Of a stretch of DNA of 64,000 bases, positions 24,001 through 37,728 are shown piece by piece. Made by a program: the position numbers and the translations under genes. The DNA is from Mytilus trossulus (lineage: Eukaryota). The stretch covers positions 4,650,001 to 4,714,000 of the forward strand of contig NC_086384.1 in the NCBI RefSeq assembly GCF_036588685.1. The letters run 5' to 3'. Each line of letters starts with the position of its first letter. Positions within the stretch are counted from its first letter, which is position 1. The notes beneath the pieces were generated by a model. It did not search any database and was not told the DNA's origin. It was given only the letters and a program-made list of their open reading frames with translations.

Positions 24001-26324
24001 AATAAAAAAAAATTATAAATTTTGATCTTGACTTTTTGCATTTGCGCCGTTCTAAATTTTATTTTATTTTTATTCTTTCACATGCGTAGATTTTGTCTTA
24101 TACATGTATTTGCGTCGATCTGCATTTCATTTATTTCTTCTTCCCTTGCGTAGTCTTTAGTTTGTGTCGATTGTGTACAGCTTAGGTGAAAATTGTTTTA
24201 TGGTCTGTGCGTCCGTTCATTCGTCCGTCTGTCCCACTTCAGGTTAAAGTTCTTGGTTAATTTTTAAGTGTTGATTTTTCAAAAAATTAAAAATTGATTA
24301 TTCACAAGGTTAGGCCGATAATCAATTATGCCTAAAAGTTTTGACCTGCTAGTAACATGTGCATGTAACTGATGTCAGGATGATTCTTGTAAAAGGATGT
24401 CCGATCTTGCAATGAAGTAAATATTTATTTATACTGCTTATTTTACAAAATCTTATAGTAAAAATAAAATGATGACAACAGGTCATTTTTGTTTGTCATT
24501 TGTTTCATTTCAAATTGTTTTTAAGAGAAATGATGAACATATAGTCTTATCTCATTAAAGCTTACAGCTAGTTTCCTTATGTCTGTAGATCAACACTATA
24601 TTTTGATAACGTATATACAGGTTTACATACATTTATATAAAGATGTCAATCTTAACTTCAGAGCTTGAGTGAATATTAATACAAACAAAGCAAGGAAGCC
24701 AACCAAAGTTTTACCCTACAAGCAGTAGGAAATTAGCTGTAAGGCAAAAAATATTAATAAAACTAATACTACTCAGCGAATGTGAATTAAAATCATAATT
24801 TTCAGTTTTTAAAATCTTTAAAGCTAAAATGTTGTAAATTTAGCTTATGACAAAAACAATTGCTCCAAGAATAATATCTTACATAAAATCGCTCCCTTTC
24901 ATTTAGCTTTAACTGTGATCGGAAAGATTGACAAAAAAATTGATTTTCAATGCCGGCAACAACTTTTTCTTTGTTTTAATTTCCAAAATGAGCAATTTAG
25001 ATTTATCATATTTTATCCTGATGGAGAAATTTTACTTTGTATTTTTCAACGGAAAATTATTTCTAAAATGTTTGATTAATCAAAAACTTTTTGTATTTTA
25101 TATTTACTGTTTCGTTTATTGAAAACACACGAGGAAGTAATAAAGGATTGTATTTTAAGATAGATGTAAATGTTTAAGAATCAAACTTTCATTCATATAT
25201 TATACCTATAACTTTAATTTTCTTATATCTTATATATTCAAAAATAATGAATTTACAAACTTGATGCAATAATTTCTAAACGTTCGTCTTAGTCGGAAAA
25301 AATGCTAGTATAATAAGTGTATGTCCGTCTTTTAACAGTACTGTATGAGTTCGTTACGGCCAACTTCTGAAATTGACGCGAAAAAGAAACAAGCACATAT
25401 AGTCTCTGGTAAAGTCAAATACTGTAAGTTTACCAGTGCCATCTTTCATTTCTTTTTGTATTTTCAATAATTCTGCTTATGTGGGACAAAGGACAAAAAC
25501 AGACTTTCAATACAAAAGCCGTGTGAAAGATTATTTCAAACAATTTCCCATTCCGACGGATGGTGTTTCTGAAGGTTTTTATTGTGCGGCAACATCATAA
25601 AAATCTGAAACTGATATATGCTTAATCTCTAGTATTACTGGACAATAAAGTAAGCGAATATAGTTGTTACTCTTGGAAATTTAAATGTGGGTTTCAAACG
25701 TCCAATTTGCCATTTTTTTTTCCAAATAGTGCCACAGCAAGGAAAGTTTGTACTATGACGTCAGATGCAATGTTCTGAAGAAAGACAACTCTTTTCTTCA
25801 AAACAAACGAGAAAAAATATAATGAGTTATGTAATGAGTTAACGCTCAGGATTTTTTTGACAGAAATGATATAGGCTAAATCATCTTCATCACATGAAAC
25901 TTTGATTGATTGGTGTTTAAAGCCACTTTCAGCAATTTCAAGCTTTTGACAGAAATTATAGAAAGGGCTATTCCAGAAAAAAATGTATGGGGGGTTGGAA
26001 GGCAGTTTTTGTCAGCACCCGCCACCCAGATAATTGTAATTGAGAATTATAGTGTGAAAAGCTGCTCTGATACCCATCACCCATGTATTGTTAATACAAT
26101 GTGCCTTCAAACCCCTATAAATTTTTTCTGGAATAGCCCTAAATAAATCACCTGAAATATCTACTTTAAATCTCTCTTTACAGGTGATAGAAGCTAATGA
26201 AGATATATCTAAGTTGTACCCAAAGTTTAACCAGTGTAAAGAAGAAATATTCTCTAAAATTCAATCTTTACCATCCATGGAAGATTTGGAGAAAGACATT
26301 TTCAAAGAAGTAAACCTGTCGTAG
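15058..26324 (+). CDS. TK2: Thymidine kinase 2 / deoxynucleoside kinase. Exons 15058-15098, 15551-15625, 16359-16412, 17002-17100, 20265-20338, 20677-20765, 21555-21634, 22265-22345, 26184-26324 (TAG); 5' exon(s) lie upstream
   Basis: GT-AG introns with consistent phases give VAVEGNIGSGKST (P-loop), EPVSKW, MYKDASRWSLAFQSYVQLTM, MERSIFSARYCFVENL, VDLIVYLRADP, RIRKRNRHEEK (lid), EYLQSLHDLHEDWL, PAPVIVIEA, collinear with vertebrate TK2. Confidence 0.95.
16593..16747. mobile_element. Short MITE in a TK2 intron
   Basis: Ends CTGTCTGCAC / GTGCAGACTG; flanks TGTTCTCAG / TGTTCTTAG (9-bp TSD, one mismatch); internal ACTAGTC motifs. Confidence 0.6.
17188..19953 (+). mobile_element. Helentron-associated (HINE/pearl-like) element, family A, with ~5 internal tandem units of ~502 bp
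   Basis: 5' TTAGCTCACC subTIR, TGGCCCGAAGGGCCA hairpin and (CGTC)n; units start at 17261, 17762, 18264, 18766, ~19268; 3' GGTGAGC subTIR, AGGCTCTTTAGAGCCT hairpin and CTAGTT; T-rich insertion site. Confidence 0.88.
22417..23521 (+). mobile_element. Helentron-associated element, family B, ~150-bp internal repeats
   Basis: 5' TTGTCGAGC...GCTTGACA, GGC microsatellite, six GACCTTGACCTCATTTTCATGG units, 3' GGCGAGACA...GTGTGCAC TCTTGTT. Confidence 0.8.
25965..26139. mobile_element. 175-bp MITE sharing termini with the 6.3-kb element
   Basis: GGGCTATTCCAGAAAAAA ... TTTTTTCTGGAATAGCCC. Confidence 0.75.
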
Positions 26325-27000
26325 CATAACAGATTGTTAGGAATGTAAATGTACAGATAAATGTATATATGAAGTGCTAATGTATAGCAGCATGTTATCT
26401 ATATTTATAGAAGCATACATGTCAATGTGTATATACCATGATTACAGTTATTAGTAATGAATTGTTTTAGTTCCCATATGATTTATTGTGAAAAAAACTC
26501 TTTTTTTCTAGTAGTTAAAAGCACTTAAATTTGTTTTATATTGTAAATTCAACAAATTTTTCAAGGATTATTATGAAAATAGTGGACAAAAAAATGAAAT
26601 TCACTTTAAAAAGTTAGCATTTTCTGAAAAATAACAATAATTATCAAAGTATTATTTTTGTCCATTTGTCAAATTTTGTCTATCTTTGTCGTCAATTTTC
26701 AGGGAAAGTTTTTACAAGTAGCATCAAGACTTGAACATTTTTAACATCTTAAAATTTTACAGTAAGTAGTTTTTAGAACCCTATATATTTTATAAGTTCA
26801 TTTTCTGAAGACCAACATGTTATCTTTTCATTTGATTAATTTTGCAACATCTTATACATATCCTTCTAAAATTCCTCATATCTTTTCTGCATTAATTTTA
26901 ATGGAATAACCCTTGATCAATATTTTAATTGTATTAATTGTTTAAGTAGATTAGCACTGAAAGGGTCAGGGCTGTTCTAAACATAATCAACGGGGAGTCA

Positions 27001-27940
27001 TTGTCGAGCCTTCGACTTTAGTCGAAAAAGCGAGACTAAGCGATCCTACATTCCGTCGGCGGCGGCGTCAACAAATATTCACTCTGTGGTTAAAGTTTTT
27101 GAAATTTTAATAACTTTCTTAAACTTTACTGGATTTCTACTAAACTTTGACAGAAGCTTGTTTATGATCATAAGATAGTATCCCGAGGTAAATTTTGTAA
27201 AAATAAAATTCCATTTTTTCTGTATTTTACTATAAATGGACTTAGTTTTTTCTGCAGGGAAACAAAACATTCACTCTGTGGTTAAAGTTTTTAGAATTTT
27301 AATAACTTTCTCAAACTATCCTGGGTTTGTACCAAACTTGGACAGAAGCTTGCTTATGATCATAAGATAGTATCCAGAAATAAATTTTGTAAAAATAAAA
27401 TTCCATTTTTTCCGTATTTTACTATAAATGGACATAGTTTTCTGCGGGGAAACAAAACATTCACTCTGTGGTTAAAGTTTTTAGAATTTTAATAACTTTC
27501 TCAAACTATCCTGGGTTTGTACCAAACTTGGACAGAAGCTTGTTTATGATCATAAAATAGTATCCAGAAGTAAATTTTGTAAAAATAAAATTCCATTTTT
27601 CCGTATTTTGCTATGAATGGACTTAGTTTTTTCTGCGGGGAACCATTACATTCACTCTGTGGTTAAAGTTTTTAAAATTTTAATAACTTTCTTAAACTAT
27701 CCTGGGTTTGTACCAAACTTGGACAGAAGCTTATTTATGATCATAAGATTGTATCCAGAAGTAAAGTTTGTAAAAAGATAACTCCGTTTTTTCTGTAATT
27801 TACTTCTAAATGGACTTCTTACAATCATAAAATAGTAACAAGAGGAATATTGTAATCGATTTTTTCCTCATTGTTGTTGAGCCTGCGAGTTACAGCAAAA
27901 ATAGGCGAGACACAGGGTTCCGCGGAACCCTTACAAATTT
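27001..27940 (+). mobile_element. Helentron-associated element, family C, ~191-bp internal repeats
   Basis: 5' TTGTCGAGCC with TTCGACTTTAGTCGAA hairpin and (GGC)n; units ATTCACTCTGTGGTTAAAG at ~27077, 27269, 27459, 27650; 3' GGGTTCCGCGGAACCC hairpin. Confidence 0.8.
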
Positions 27941-29039
27941 TTTTATTTATATCAACGTTATATAAAAAAAATCAGCTGAGCAACACAGGCACCTTGAAGC
28001 CTATAGTTTACTTATATTTCTTACAAAATTCTAAACAAAATGCAATTCACCATTTTGTTCACCTGTATTTATTTTTTTTGCCTTAAATGCCATAACACAA
28101 TAAATTTTGGAACAACCCTGAGGCCTCTAAACTGTTTCATATTACATTTTTGAGAAATTGTTTTGTTTTATGAAAGTTTTAATAAAGTAATGTGAAAAAA
28201 TGTAAGGGTTGTTCCAGAAAATACTAGGTACCCTCAAGGATAGCAATTTTTTTAACACCAGCCACCTATAGAAATAAAAAAGATTAAAACAACACTCTTT
28301 TTGCATTTTGGTATCTCTAATACAACCACTCACAAAAAAAATTAAAAGTTGCCTTCCCTGTTCCCTGGGGTTGGGGGAGACGTAGTATTTTCTTGAACAG
28401 AAAACTATTACTTTGTGTTCATTTTAATTACATGTATTAAACACTTTTACTCATATCTAGGTATAGTACCTTTTATCTCCTTTGAAATGAAATTTTATGG
28501 TTATATATGTTTTATTAGTATTTAATTGTTATCAACAGTTTGTTATATATAAAATACATGTATTGTTAGTGGCTGTATTTTACTGATTATTACACCTTTG
28601 CAAGGATGTATTTTAATGTTAATGTTTTATAACTATTATTATTCTATACACCATAGCCATGTAGGTTTTATAGAAGTCTTTGAAATAAGACGTTAACACA
28701 TGTGTTAATCACATGTTATTGTCACTCAATGTTATCATTCTAATTTTAATGCTTTGGTTTTTAACAAACTAATTGCACAGGTTTTATTGTATTTGAAATT
28801 TAAAACAAACTTCTGTTTAGCTTTTATATAATAGATATGCAAATTTGACCACTTAATCTCTCTATTGACAAGCTTACTGGTACTATACTGTTCACAATCG
28901 GAAACCACACATTATACCATTCAGCCATACATCGAAACATAGATATCCATTGAACATTATATTATTTGTATTGGTATACTAGGCCCTACACATTCACACA
29001 TTCATTGCAATGCATCACATCATTTGTCATTTGCATCAT

Positions 29040-29445
29040 ATCTTTCACATCATTTATAAATCACAAGGTGTGTAGCCAAACATCACATCATTTATAAATC
29101 ACAAGTTGTGTAGCCAAACATCACATCATTCATACATCACAAGGTGTGTAGCCAAACATCACATCATTCATACATCACAAGGTGTGTAGCCAAACATCAC
29201 ATCATTTATAAATCACAAGGTGTGTAGCCAAACATCACATCATTCATACATCACAAGGTGTGTAGCCAAACATCACATCATTCATACATCACAAGTTGTG
29301 TAGCCAAACATCACATCATTCATACATCACAAGGTGTGTAGCCAAACATCACATCATTCATACATCACAAGGTGTGTAGCCAAACATCACATCATTCATA
29401 CATCACAAGATGTGTAGCCAAGCATCACATCATTCATACATCACA
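29040..29445. repeat. 38-bp minisatellite (~10 copies)
   Basis: Unit ATCACAAGGTGTGTAGCCAAACATCACATCATTCATAC. Confidence 0.95.
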
Positions 29446-29559
29446 TCCTTTATAGCCATACATCCATACATCTTTCCTTCCATATCCAAACATACCATTC
29501 ATAGATATATGTAACAGCATTCACTATCCTGCACATTCACAAATCTCAACATGCAAATC

Positions 29560-32220
29560 CATTCATTTGTACATAACACCATCCAAAGCTATTGATGGAC
29601 ATCATCCATCTACAGCAATTCATATACATCACACCATCTTCAGCCATTCATGTGTACATCACACCATCTACAGCCATTCATTTCCACATCACACCATCTT
29701 CAGCCATTTATGTGTACATCACACCATCTACAGTCATTCATGTACATCACACCATCTACATCCATTCATTTCTACATCACACCATCGACAGCCATTCATT
29801 TGTACATAACACCATTGAAAGCCTTTCATTTGTACATCACACCATCTACAGCAATTCATTTGTACATAACACCATCTACATCCATTCATGTGTACATCAC
29901 ACCATCTACCTCCATTTACATGAACATCACACCATCTACATCCATTCATATGTACATCACACCATCTATATCCATTCATTTGTACATAACACCATCTACA
30001 TCCATTCATTTCTACATCACACAATCCACAGGCATTCATGTACATCACACCATCTACAGCCATTCATTTCCACATCACACCATCTTCAGCCATTTATGTG
30101 TACATCACACCATCTACAGTCATTCATGTACATCACACCATCTACATCCATTCATTTCTACATCACACCATCTACATCCATTCATTTCTACATCACACCA
30201 TCGACAGCCATTCATTTGTACATAACACCATTGAAAGCCTTTCATTTGTACATCACACCATCTACAGCAATTCATTTGTACATAACACCATCTACATCCA
30301 TTCATTTGTACAACACACCATCTAAATCCGTGCATTTGTACATCACACCATCTACAGCCATTCGTTTGTACAACACACCATCTAAATCCGTGCATTTGTA
30401 CATCACACCATCTATATCCATTCATTTGTACATAACATCATCTACGTCCATTCATTTGTACATAACACCATCCACAGCCATTCATTTCCACATCACACCA
30501 TCTACATCCATTCATGTGTACATCACACCATCTACCTCCATTTACATGAACATCACACCATCTACATCCATTTATATGTACATCACACCATCTATATCCA
30601 TTCATTTGTACATAACACCATCTACATCCATTCATTTCTACATCACACAATCCACAGGCATTCATGTACATCACACCATCCAAAGCCATTCATTTTTTAC
30701 ATCACTTCATCCGCAGTCGTTCATTCCCACATCACACCATCTACAGCAATTCATTTCTACACAACACCATCCACAGCAATTGGTGTGTACATCACACTAT
30801 CTTCATCCATTCATGCAATTCACACACACCATCCACAGTCATTCATGTACATAACACCATTCACAGTCATTCATGTACATCACACCATCCACAGTCATTC
30901 ATTTCCACATCACACCATCTTCAGCCATTCATGTGTACATCACACCATCTACAGTCGTTCATGTACATCACACCATCTACATCCATTCATTTCTACATCA
31001 CACCATCCACAGCCATTCGTGTGTACATCACACCATCTACAGCCATTCATTTGTGCATCACACCATAGAAAGCCATTTATTTGTACATCACACCATCTAC
31101 AGCCATTCATTTGTGCATAACACCATAAAAAGCCGCACATTTGTACATCACACCATCTACAGCTGTTCATTTGTACACCACACCATCTACATCCATTCAC
31201 TTGTACACAACACCATCTACATCAATTCATTTGTACATCACACCATCTACATCCATTCATTTGTACATAACATCATCTACGTCCATTCATTTCCACATCA
31301 CACCATCCACAGCCATTCATGTACATCACACAATCCACAGCCATTCATTTGTACACCACACCATCTGCAGCCATTCATTTGTACATCACACCATCTGCAG
31401 TCATTCATGTATGTCAAGCCATCTTCAGCCATTCTTTTCTACATCACACCATCCACAGTCATTCATTTCTACATCACACCATCCACAGCCATTCATTTCT
31501 ACATCACACCATCCACAGCCATTCATTTCTACATCACACCATCCACAGCCATTCATGTATATCACACCATCCAGTCATTCGTGTACATAACACCATCTAC
31601 AGCCATTCATTTCTACATCAAACCATCCACAGCTATTCATGTATATAACACCATCCACAGCCATTCATTTGTACATCACACCATCTACAGTCATTCATTT
31701 GTTCATCACACTATGGAAAGCCACTCATTTGTACATCACACCATCTACAGCCATTCATGTACATCACACCACCCACAACCATTGGTGTACACAACACATC
31801 TACAGCCATTCTTGTGTACATCACACCATCTACAGCCATTCATGTACATCACACCACCCACAACCATTGATGTACACAACACATCTACAGCCATTCTTGT
31901 GTACATCACACCATCTACAGCCATTCATGTACATCACACCACCCACAGCCATTCATTTGTACATCACACCATTTACAACCATTCATTTGTTCTTCACACC
32001 ATCCACAGCCATTCATTTGTTCATCACGCCATCCAGTTATTAATTTGTACATCACACCATCCACATTCATTCATTTGTACATCACACCATTCACAGCCAT
32101 TCATTTGTACATCACACCATTCACAGCCATTCATTTGTACATCACACCAGCTTCAGTCATTCATATGTACACAACATCCTCCACAGCCATTCATTTTTAC
32201 AACACATCATCCAGCCATAT
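29560..32220. repeat. 28/30-bp minisatellite
   Basis: Unit CATCACACCATCTACAGCCATTCATTTGTA with 28-bp variants; source of the His/Thr-rich ORFs in the track. Confidence 0.95.
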
Positions 32221-32539
32221 GTCACTACATCTAAAAATTTATATTCTTACATCACACCAATCACATTCACACATTCATAGCTATACATCACACCATTCAC
32301 ACCCACAAATTCATAGCCATATACCACATTCAAATTCACACCAGTGTAGTCATAAATCACACTAATCACATATACACATATAAATAGCCATACATCATAC
32401 CATTTACATTCAAACATTCTTAGCCATATAGAACACCATTCACACTCACATATAGCCATACACTATTATAATTCACTCAAGTGTAGCCAAACCACGCATC
32501 AATCACATACAAAGACATGCATCACACTGTCAACAAATA

Positions 32540-33370
32540 CATGTCCATTCATAATTTCCATGCCCAAGTTTAGCCATACAGAACACCATTTCCATGCTTA
32601 AATTCAAAGTAGGACATCACACCATTTCCATGCCCAAATTCATATCAATACATCACATCATTTTCATTACTAAGTTCATAGCCATACAACACACCATTTC
32701 CTTCCTCAAATTCATAGCTGTTCATTACACTATTGCCTTGCCCAAATCTAAAGCCATACATGAGACCATTTCCATGCTCACCATTTCGATGCCAAAATTC
32801 ATAGCCATACATCACACCATTTCCATGTCCAAATTCAAAGCCATACATCACACCATTTCCATGCCCAGATTCATAGCCATGCATCACACTATTTCCATGC
32901 CCAGATTCATAGCCATACATCACACTATTTTCATGCCCAGATTCATAACTGTACTTCACACCATTTCCATGCCCAAATTCATAGCCATACATCACATCAT
33001 TCCCATACCCAAAAGCATAGCCATACATCACACCATTTCCATGAATAGATTCATATCCATACATCACACCATGTCCATATTGAAATTTAAAGTTGCATAT
33101 CACACCATTACCATACCCAAAATTCATAGCCATACATCACACCATTTCCATGCCCAGATTCATAGCCATACATCATATCTTTTCCATATCCAAATTCATA
33201 TCCACACATTACATCATTTCCATACCCAAATTCATATCCACACATCACACCATTTCCATACCCAAACTTGTAGCTTTACATCACGCCATTCACACTCATA
33301 GTCATACATCACACTTCACAAAGTTATAGCCATACATCGTACCATTCTCATTTCCATATTCATAGCCATA
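32540..33370. repeat. 36-bp minisatellite
   Basis: Unit CATCACACCATTTCCATGCCCAAATTCATAGCCATA. Confidence 0.9.
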
Positions 33371-33769
33371 CATCTTAATCATCCAGATTCTCAAATAACA
33401 CCATCCACATTCACATATTCATGGTCATACATGTACATCACACTATTCATCTACACATGGTTCTATTCAAAGCATTACACAGCATTATAACAAAGACCAA
33501 ATGACTTAAAAATTAACAACTTTGGGTCAAACCCATACCTCATAGTAAGCAATATAAAAGTCATAAATAATCATTCATTTCTTATAAATCACACAATTTA
33601 TTCATTTCCACACATTGGAACATCATTTCCACACATCCCACTATCATCACAGTAATTTACCCAAATCATGATGATTCATCATAAGTACTTGAGTACACTT
33701 CACACCAATCTTTAGTATTCATTTGCATTTACATTAGTCCTAGGCATTCAGTTATACTTTGCACCAATA

Positions 33770-36700
33770 ATCGGTCATTTACACCTCACACCAATCATCA
33801 GTCATTTACACTTCACACCAATCATCAGTCATTTTCACTTCACATCAGTCATTTTCACTCCACATCATTAGTCATTTACACTTCACACCAATCATCAGTC
33901 ATTTTCACTTCCCAACATTCATCAGTCATTTACACTTCACACCAATCATCAGTCATTTACACTTCACACCAGTCATTAGTCATTTACACCTCACACCAAT
34001 CATCAGTCATTTTCACTTCCCAACATTCATCAATCGTTTACACTTCACACCATTCATCAGTCATTTACACTTCACACCATTCATCAGTCATTTACACTTC
34101 ACACCATTCATCAGTCATTTACACTTCACACCATTCATCAGTAATTTACACTTCACACCATTCATCAATCATATACACTTCACGTCAAACATCATGCATT
34201 TACACTTCACACCAAAAATCATTCATTTACACTTCACACCAGACATCAGTCATAAACACTTCATACCAATCATGTATTTACACTTAAAATTATCCTAAGC
34301 ATTCATTTTCACTTCACATTTATCAATATCATTCATTTTCACTTCACAATTATCAATCATGACAGTTGAATACATTATTTTTTGACATTTTAACCTCACA
34401 ACTTATCATCATTCATTTCACCACACACCAAGCATAAGCATTCATCTTCACTTCACAGCAATCAGAAGCATTCATTTTCACTTCATGCCAATCATAAGTG
34501 TTTATTTACACTTCACACCAATCATAAGCTTTTATTTTCACTTCACATCAATTATAAGTGTTCATTTACACTTCACACTAATCATAAGCGTTCATTTTCA
34601 CCACACACCAAGCATAAGTGTTCATTTACACTTCACACTAATCATAAGCGCTCATTTTCACCACAAACCAAGCATAAGTGTTCATTTACACTTCACACTA
34701 ATCATAAGCGTTTATTTTCACCCCACACCAATCATAAGCGTTCATTTTCACTTTACACTAATCATAAGTGTTCATTTGCACTTCACTCTAATAAGCGTTC
34801 ATTTCACTTCACACCATTCATAAGCATTCATTTACACTTCACACCAATCATAAGCATTCATTTAACTCAAACCAAGCATAAGCATTCATTTACACTTCAC
34901 ACTAATCATTAGCGTTTTTCACCACACACCAATCATACACTTCACACTAATCATAACCGTTCATTTTCACTTCACAATAATCATAAGCGTTCATTTTCGC
35001 TTCACACCAATCATAAGCATTCATTTACACTTTACACCAATCATAAGTGTTCATTTACACTTCACACCAATCATAAGTGTTCATTTACACTTCACACCAA
35101 TCATAAGCGTTCATTTTCACTTCACACCAATCATAATTGTTCGTTTTCACTTCACACCAAACAAGAGCGTACATTTTCACTTCACACTTATCATAAGCAT
35201 TCATTATACCCCCGCTTTAAAAAGGGGGGTATACTGTTTTACCTCTGTCTGTCCGTCAGTCCGTCCCATGAATACTTTTCGTCGCATTTTTCTCATGAAC
35301 TACAAGACCAGGATTTCTGAAATTTGGTTTCAGGGTTTATCTAAGTCAGCTGTACCGTGTGATGCGTTTTCAGATTGATCACTTGACAACTTCCTGTTTA
35401 CCGAACACTTGTATGATTTTACACATGATAGCCAAATTGAAAATTTTCGTCACACTTTTCTCAGGAACTACAATACAAGGATTTCTGAAATTTGGTTTCA
35501 GGGTTTATCTAAGTCAGCTATACCGTGTGATGTGTTTTCAGATTCATCACTCGACAACTTCCTGTTTACCGAACACTTGCATATTTTTACACTATTTATT
35601 TTTTCGTCGCATTTTTCTCAGGAACTACAATATAAGGATTTTTGAAATTTGGTTTCAGGATTTATATAAGTCAGCTATACCGTGTGATGCGTTTTCAGAT
35701 TCATCACTCAACAACTTCTTGTTTACCGAACACTTGCATATTTTTACACTATTTATTTTTTCGTCGCATTTTTCTCAGGAACTACAATATAAGGATTTCT
35801 GAAATTTGGTTTCAGGATTTATATAAGTCAGCTATACCGTGTAATGCGTTTTCAGATTCATCACTGAACAACTTCCTGTTTACCGAACACTTGCATATTT
35901 TTACACTATTTATATTATCCACTTGCGGCGGGGGTATCATCAGTGAGCATTAGCTCGCAGTTTCACTTGTTTACACTTTACACCAATCATAAGTGTTCAT
36001 TTACACTTCACTCTAATCATAAGCATTCATTTAACTTCAAACCAAGCATAAGCATTCGTTTACACTTCACACTAATCATGCGTTTGTTTTCACCACACAC
36101 CAATCATACACTTCACACTAATCATAACCATTCATTTTTACTTCACACTAATCATAAGCATTCATTTACACTTCACACCAATTATAAGCGTTCATTTTCA
36201 CTTCACATCAATCATAAGTGTTCATTTACACTTCACACCAATAATAATCATTTGTTTTCACTTCACACCAAACAAAAGCGTTCATTTTCAATTCACACTA
36301 ATCATAAACGTTCATTTACACAATAATCATGTGTTCATTTTCACTTCACTCTAATCATAAGCGTTCCTTTACACCAATCATAAGCATTCATTTCACTTCA
36401 CACCAATCGTGAGCATTTATTTACTCTTCACACCAATCATAAGCATTCATTTACACTTCACAATAATCATAAGCGTTCATTCACACTTCACAATAATCAT
36501 AAGCATTCATTTCACTTCACACCAATCATAAGCGTTCATTTACACTTTACACCAATCATCAGCATTCATTTCTCTTCACACCAATCAGAAGCGTTCATTT
36601 ACACTTTACACCAATCATAAGCATTCATTAACACTTTACACCAATCATAAGTGTTCATTTACACTTCACATTAATCATAAGCATTCATTTACATTTCACA

Positions 36701-37050
36701 TCAATCATAAGTGTTCATTTACACTTCACACCAATCATTATCATTCGTTTTTTCACTTCACACCAAACAAAAGCGTTCATTTTCACTTCACACTAATCAT
36801 AAGCGTTCATTTACACTTCACATTAATCATAAGCATTCATTTCACTTCACACCAATCATAAGTGTTCATTTTCACTTCACATCAATCTTAAGCGTTCATT
36901 TACACTTCACACCAATCATAAACATTCATTTTCACTTCACACCAATCATCATTCATTTATACATCTCACCAATCATAAGCATTCATTTACATGTCACACC
37001 AATTATAAGTGTTCATTTGCACTTTACACTAATCATTAGCATTTAATTTC
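33770..37050. repeat. 27-bp then 30-bp minisatellites, interrupted at 35204-35971
   Basis: CAGTCATTTACACTTCACACCATTCAT (~33770-34270) grading into AATCATAAGCATTCATTTACACTTCACACC (~34400-37050). Confidence 0.9.
35204..35971 (+). mobile_element. Helentron-associated element, family D, ~157-bp internal repeats, inserted in a minisatellite T-run
   Basis: 5' TTATACCCCC...GGGGGTATA, (GTCC/GTCT)n, four GGATTTCTGAAATTTGGTTTCAGG units, 3' GGGGGTAT and GTGAGCATTAGCTCGC hairpin, CTTGTT. Removing it restores CATTCATT|TACACTT. Confidence 0.85.
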
Positions 37051-37670
37051 ATTTCAAATCAATCCTAAGCATTCTTACTTTTTACATCATCATTCTACTG
37101 TCATCGCCTTTAAAATACAATTCCAGACATGAAGTGGTCCCCAGAAGTCAAAACTTAAAAATCATGTTTTTAAAATAAAAACATTGATATTTTGTATGAT
37201 CTCTTCATATTATATTTTATTTTATTAAACTTGAACAGCAAAATATCATTGCTAAGGCTGCAATTAATGTAATCTCTGTTTCTCCATACCCCTATCAAGA
37301 TATTTGCTTGTGGTAGGCAGGTGGTTTTTATTTTATTTTTTAAATTGTTGGCAGGTAGGTATTTGTGGGGGTTTTTTTTGTGGTTACACTTAGACTATAT
37401 ATTATGGGTTAAACATTTAGTACTTCATCCAGGATTATAATGTTTTGTGCTGATCACATTCATTAATCTCAGTGTTCTCCTTAAAGTTACTTTTAAGAGT
37501 ACCCTATTATTAATACACAGCTTTGTTAATTTTCATAAAGTTTCCCACAAAACATTTTCATTTATAACCATATAATTGTGCAGTTTATGTGTACAGTACC
37601 ATGTTTATTTTTCTTTATACACAAAGAAATAAAATAAAGAGCAGAAAACTTTAATTCAATAACTAAAACA

Positions 37671-37728
37671 ACAAATGGAAGTTTTTAACGACCTTGACTA
37701 GCTAAACATCCCTTGCATGGTCGGAAAT
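37671..37728. mobile_element. 58-bp mini-element with 12-bp TSD (second copy at 40907-40962, opposite orientation)
   Basis: ATAACTAAAACA duplicated at 37659-37670 and 37729-37740. Confidence 0.75.

Noticed and set aside
29040-29445. CRISPR-like regular repeat
   Set aside because: Head-to-tail units with no unique spacers, no cas genes, and a eukaryotic context.
29567-32365. Long His/Thr-rich and Cys-rich ORFs (up to 453 aa)
   Set aside because: Products of a 28/30-bp minisatellite; open in several frames on both strands, switching frame at each 28-bp variant.
35359-35953. Repetitive 78-147 aa ORFs
   Set aside because: Translations of the ~157-bp internal repeats of element family D.
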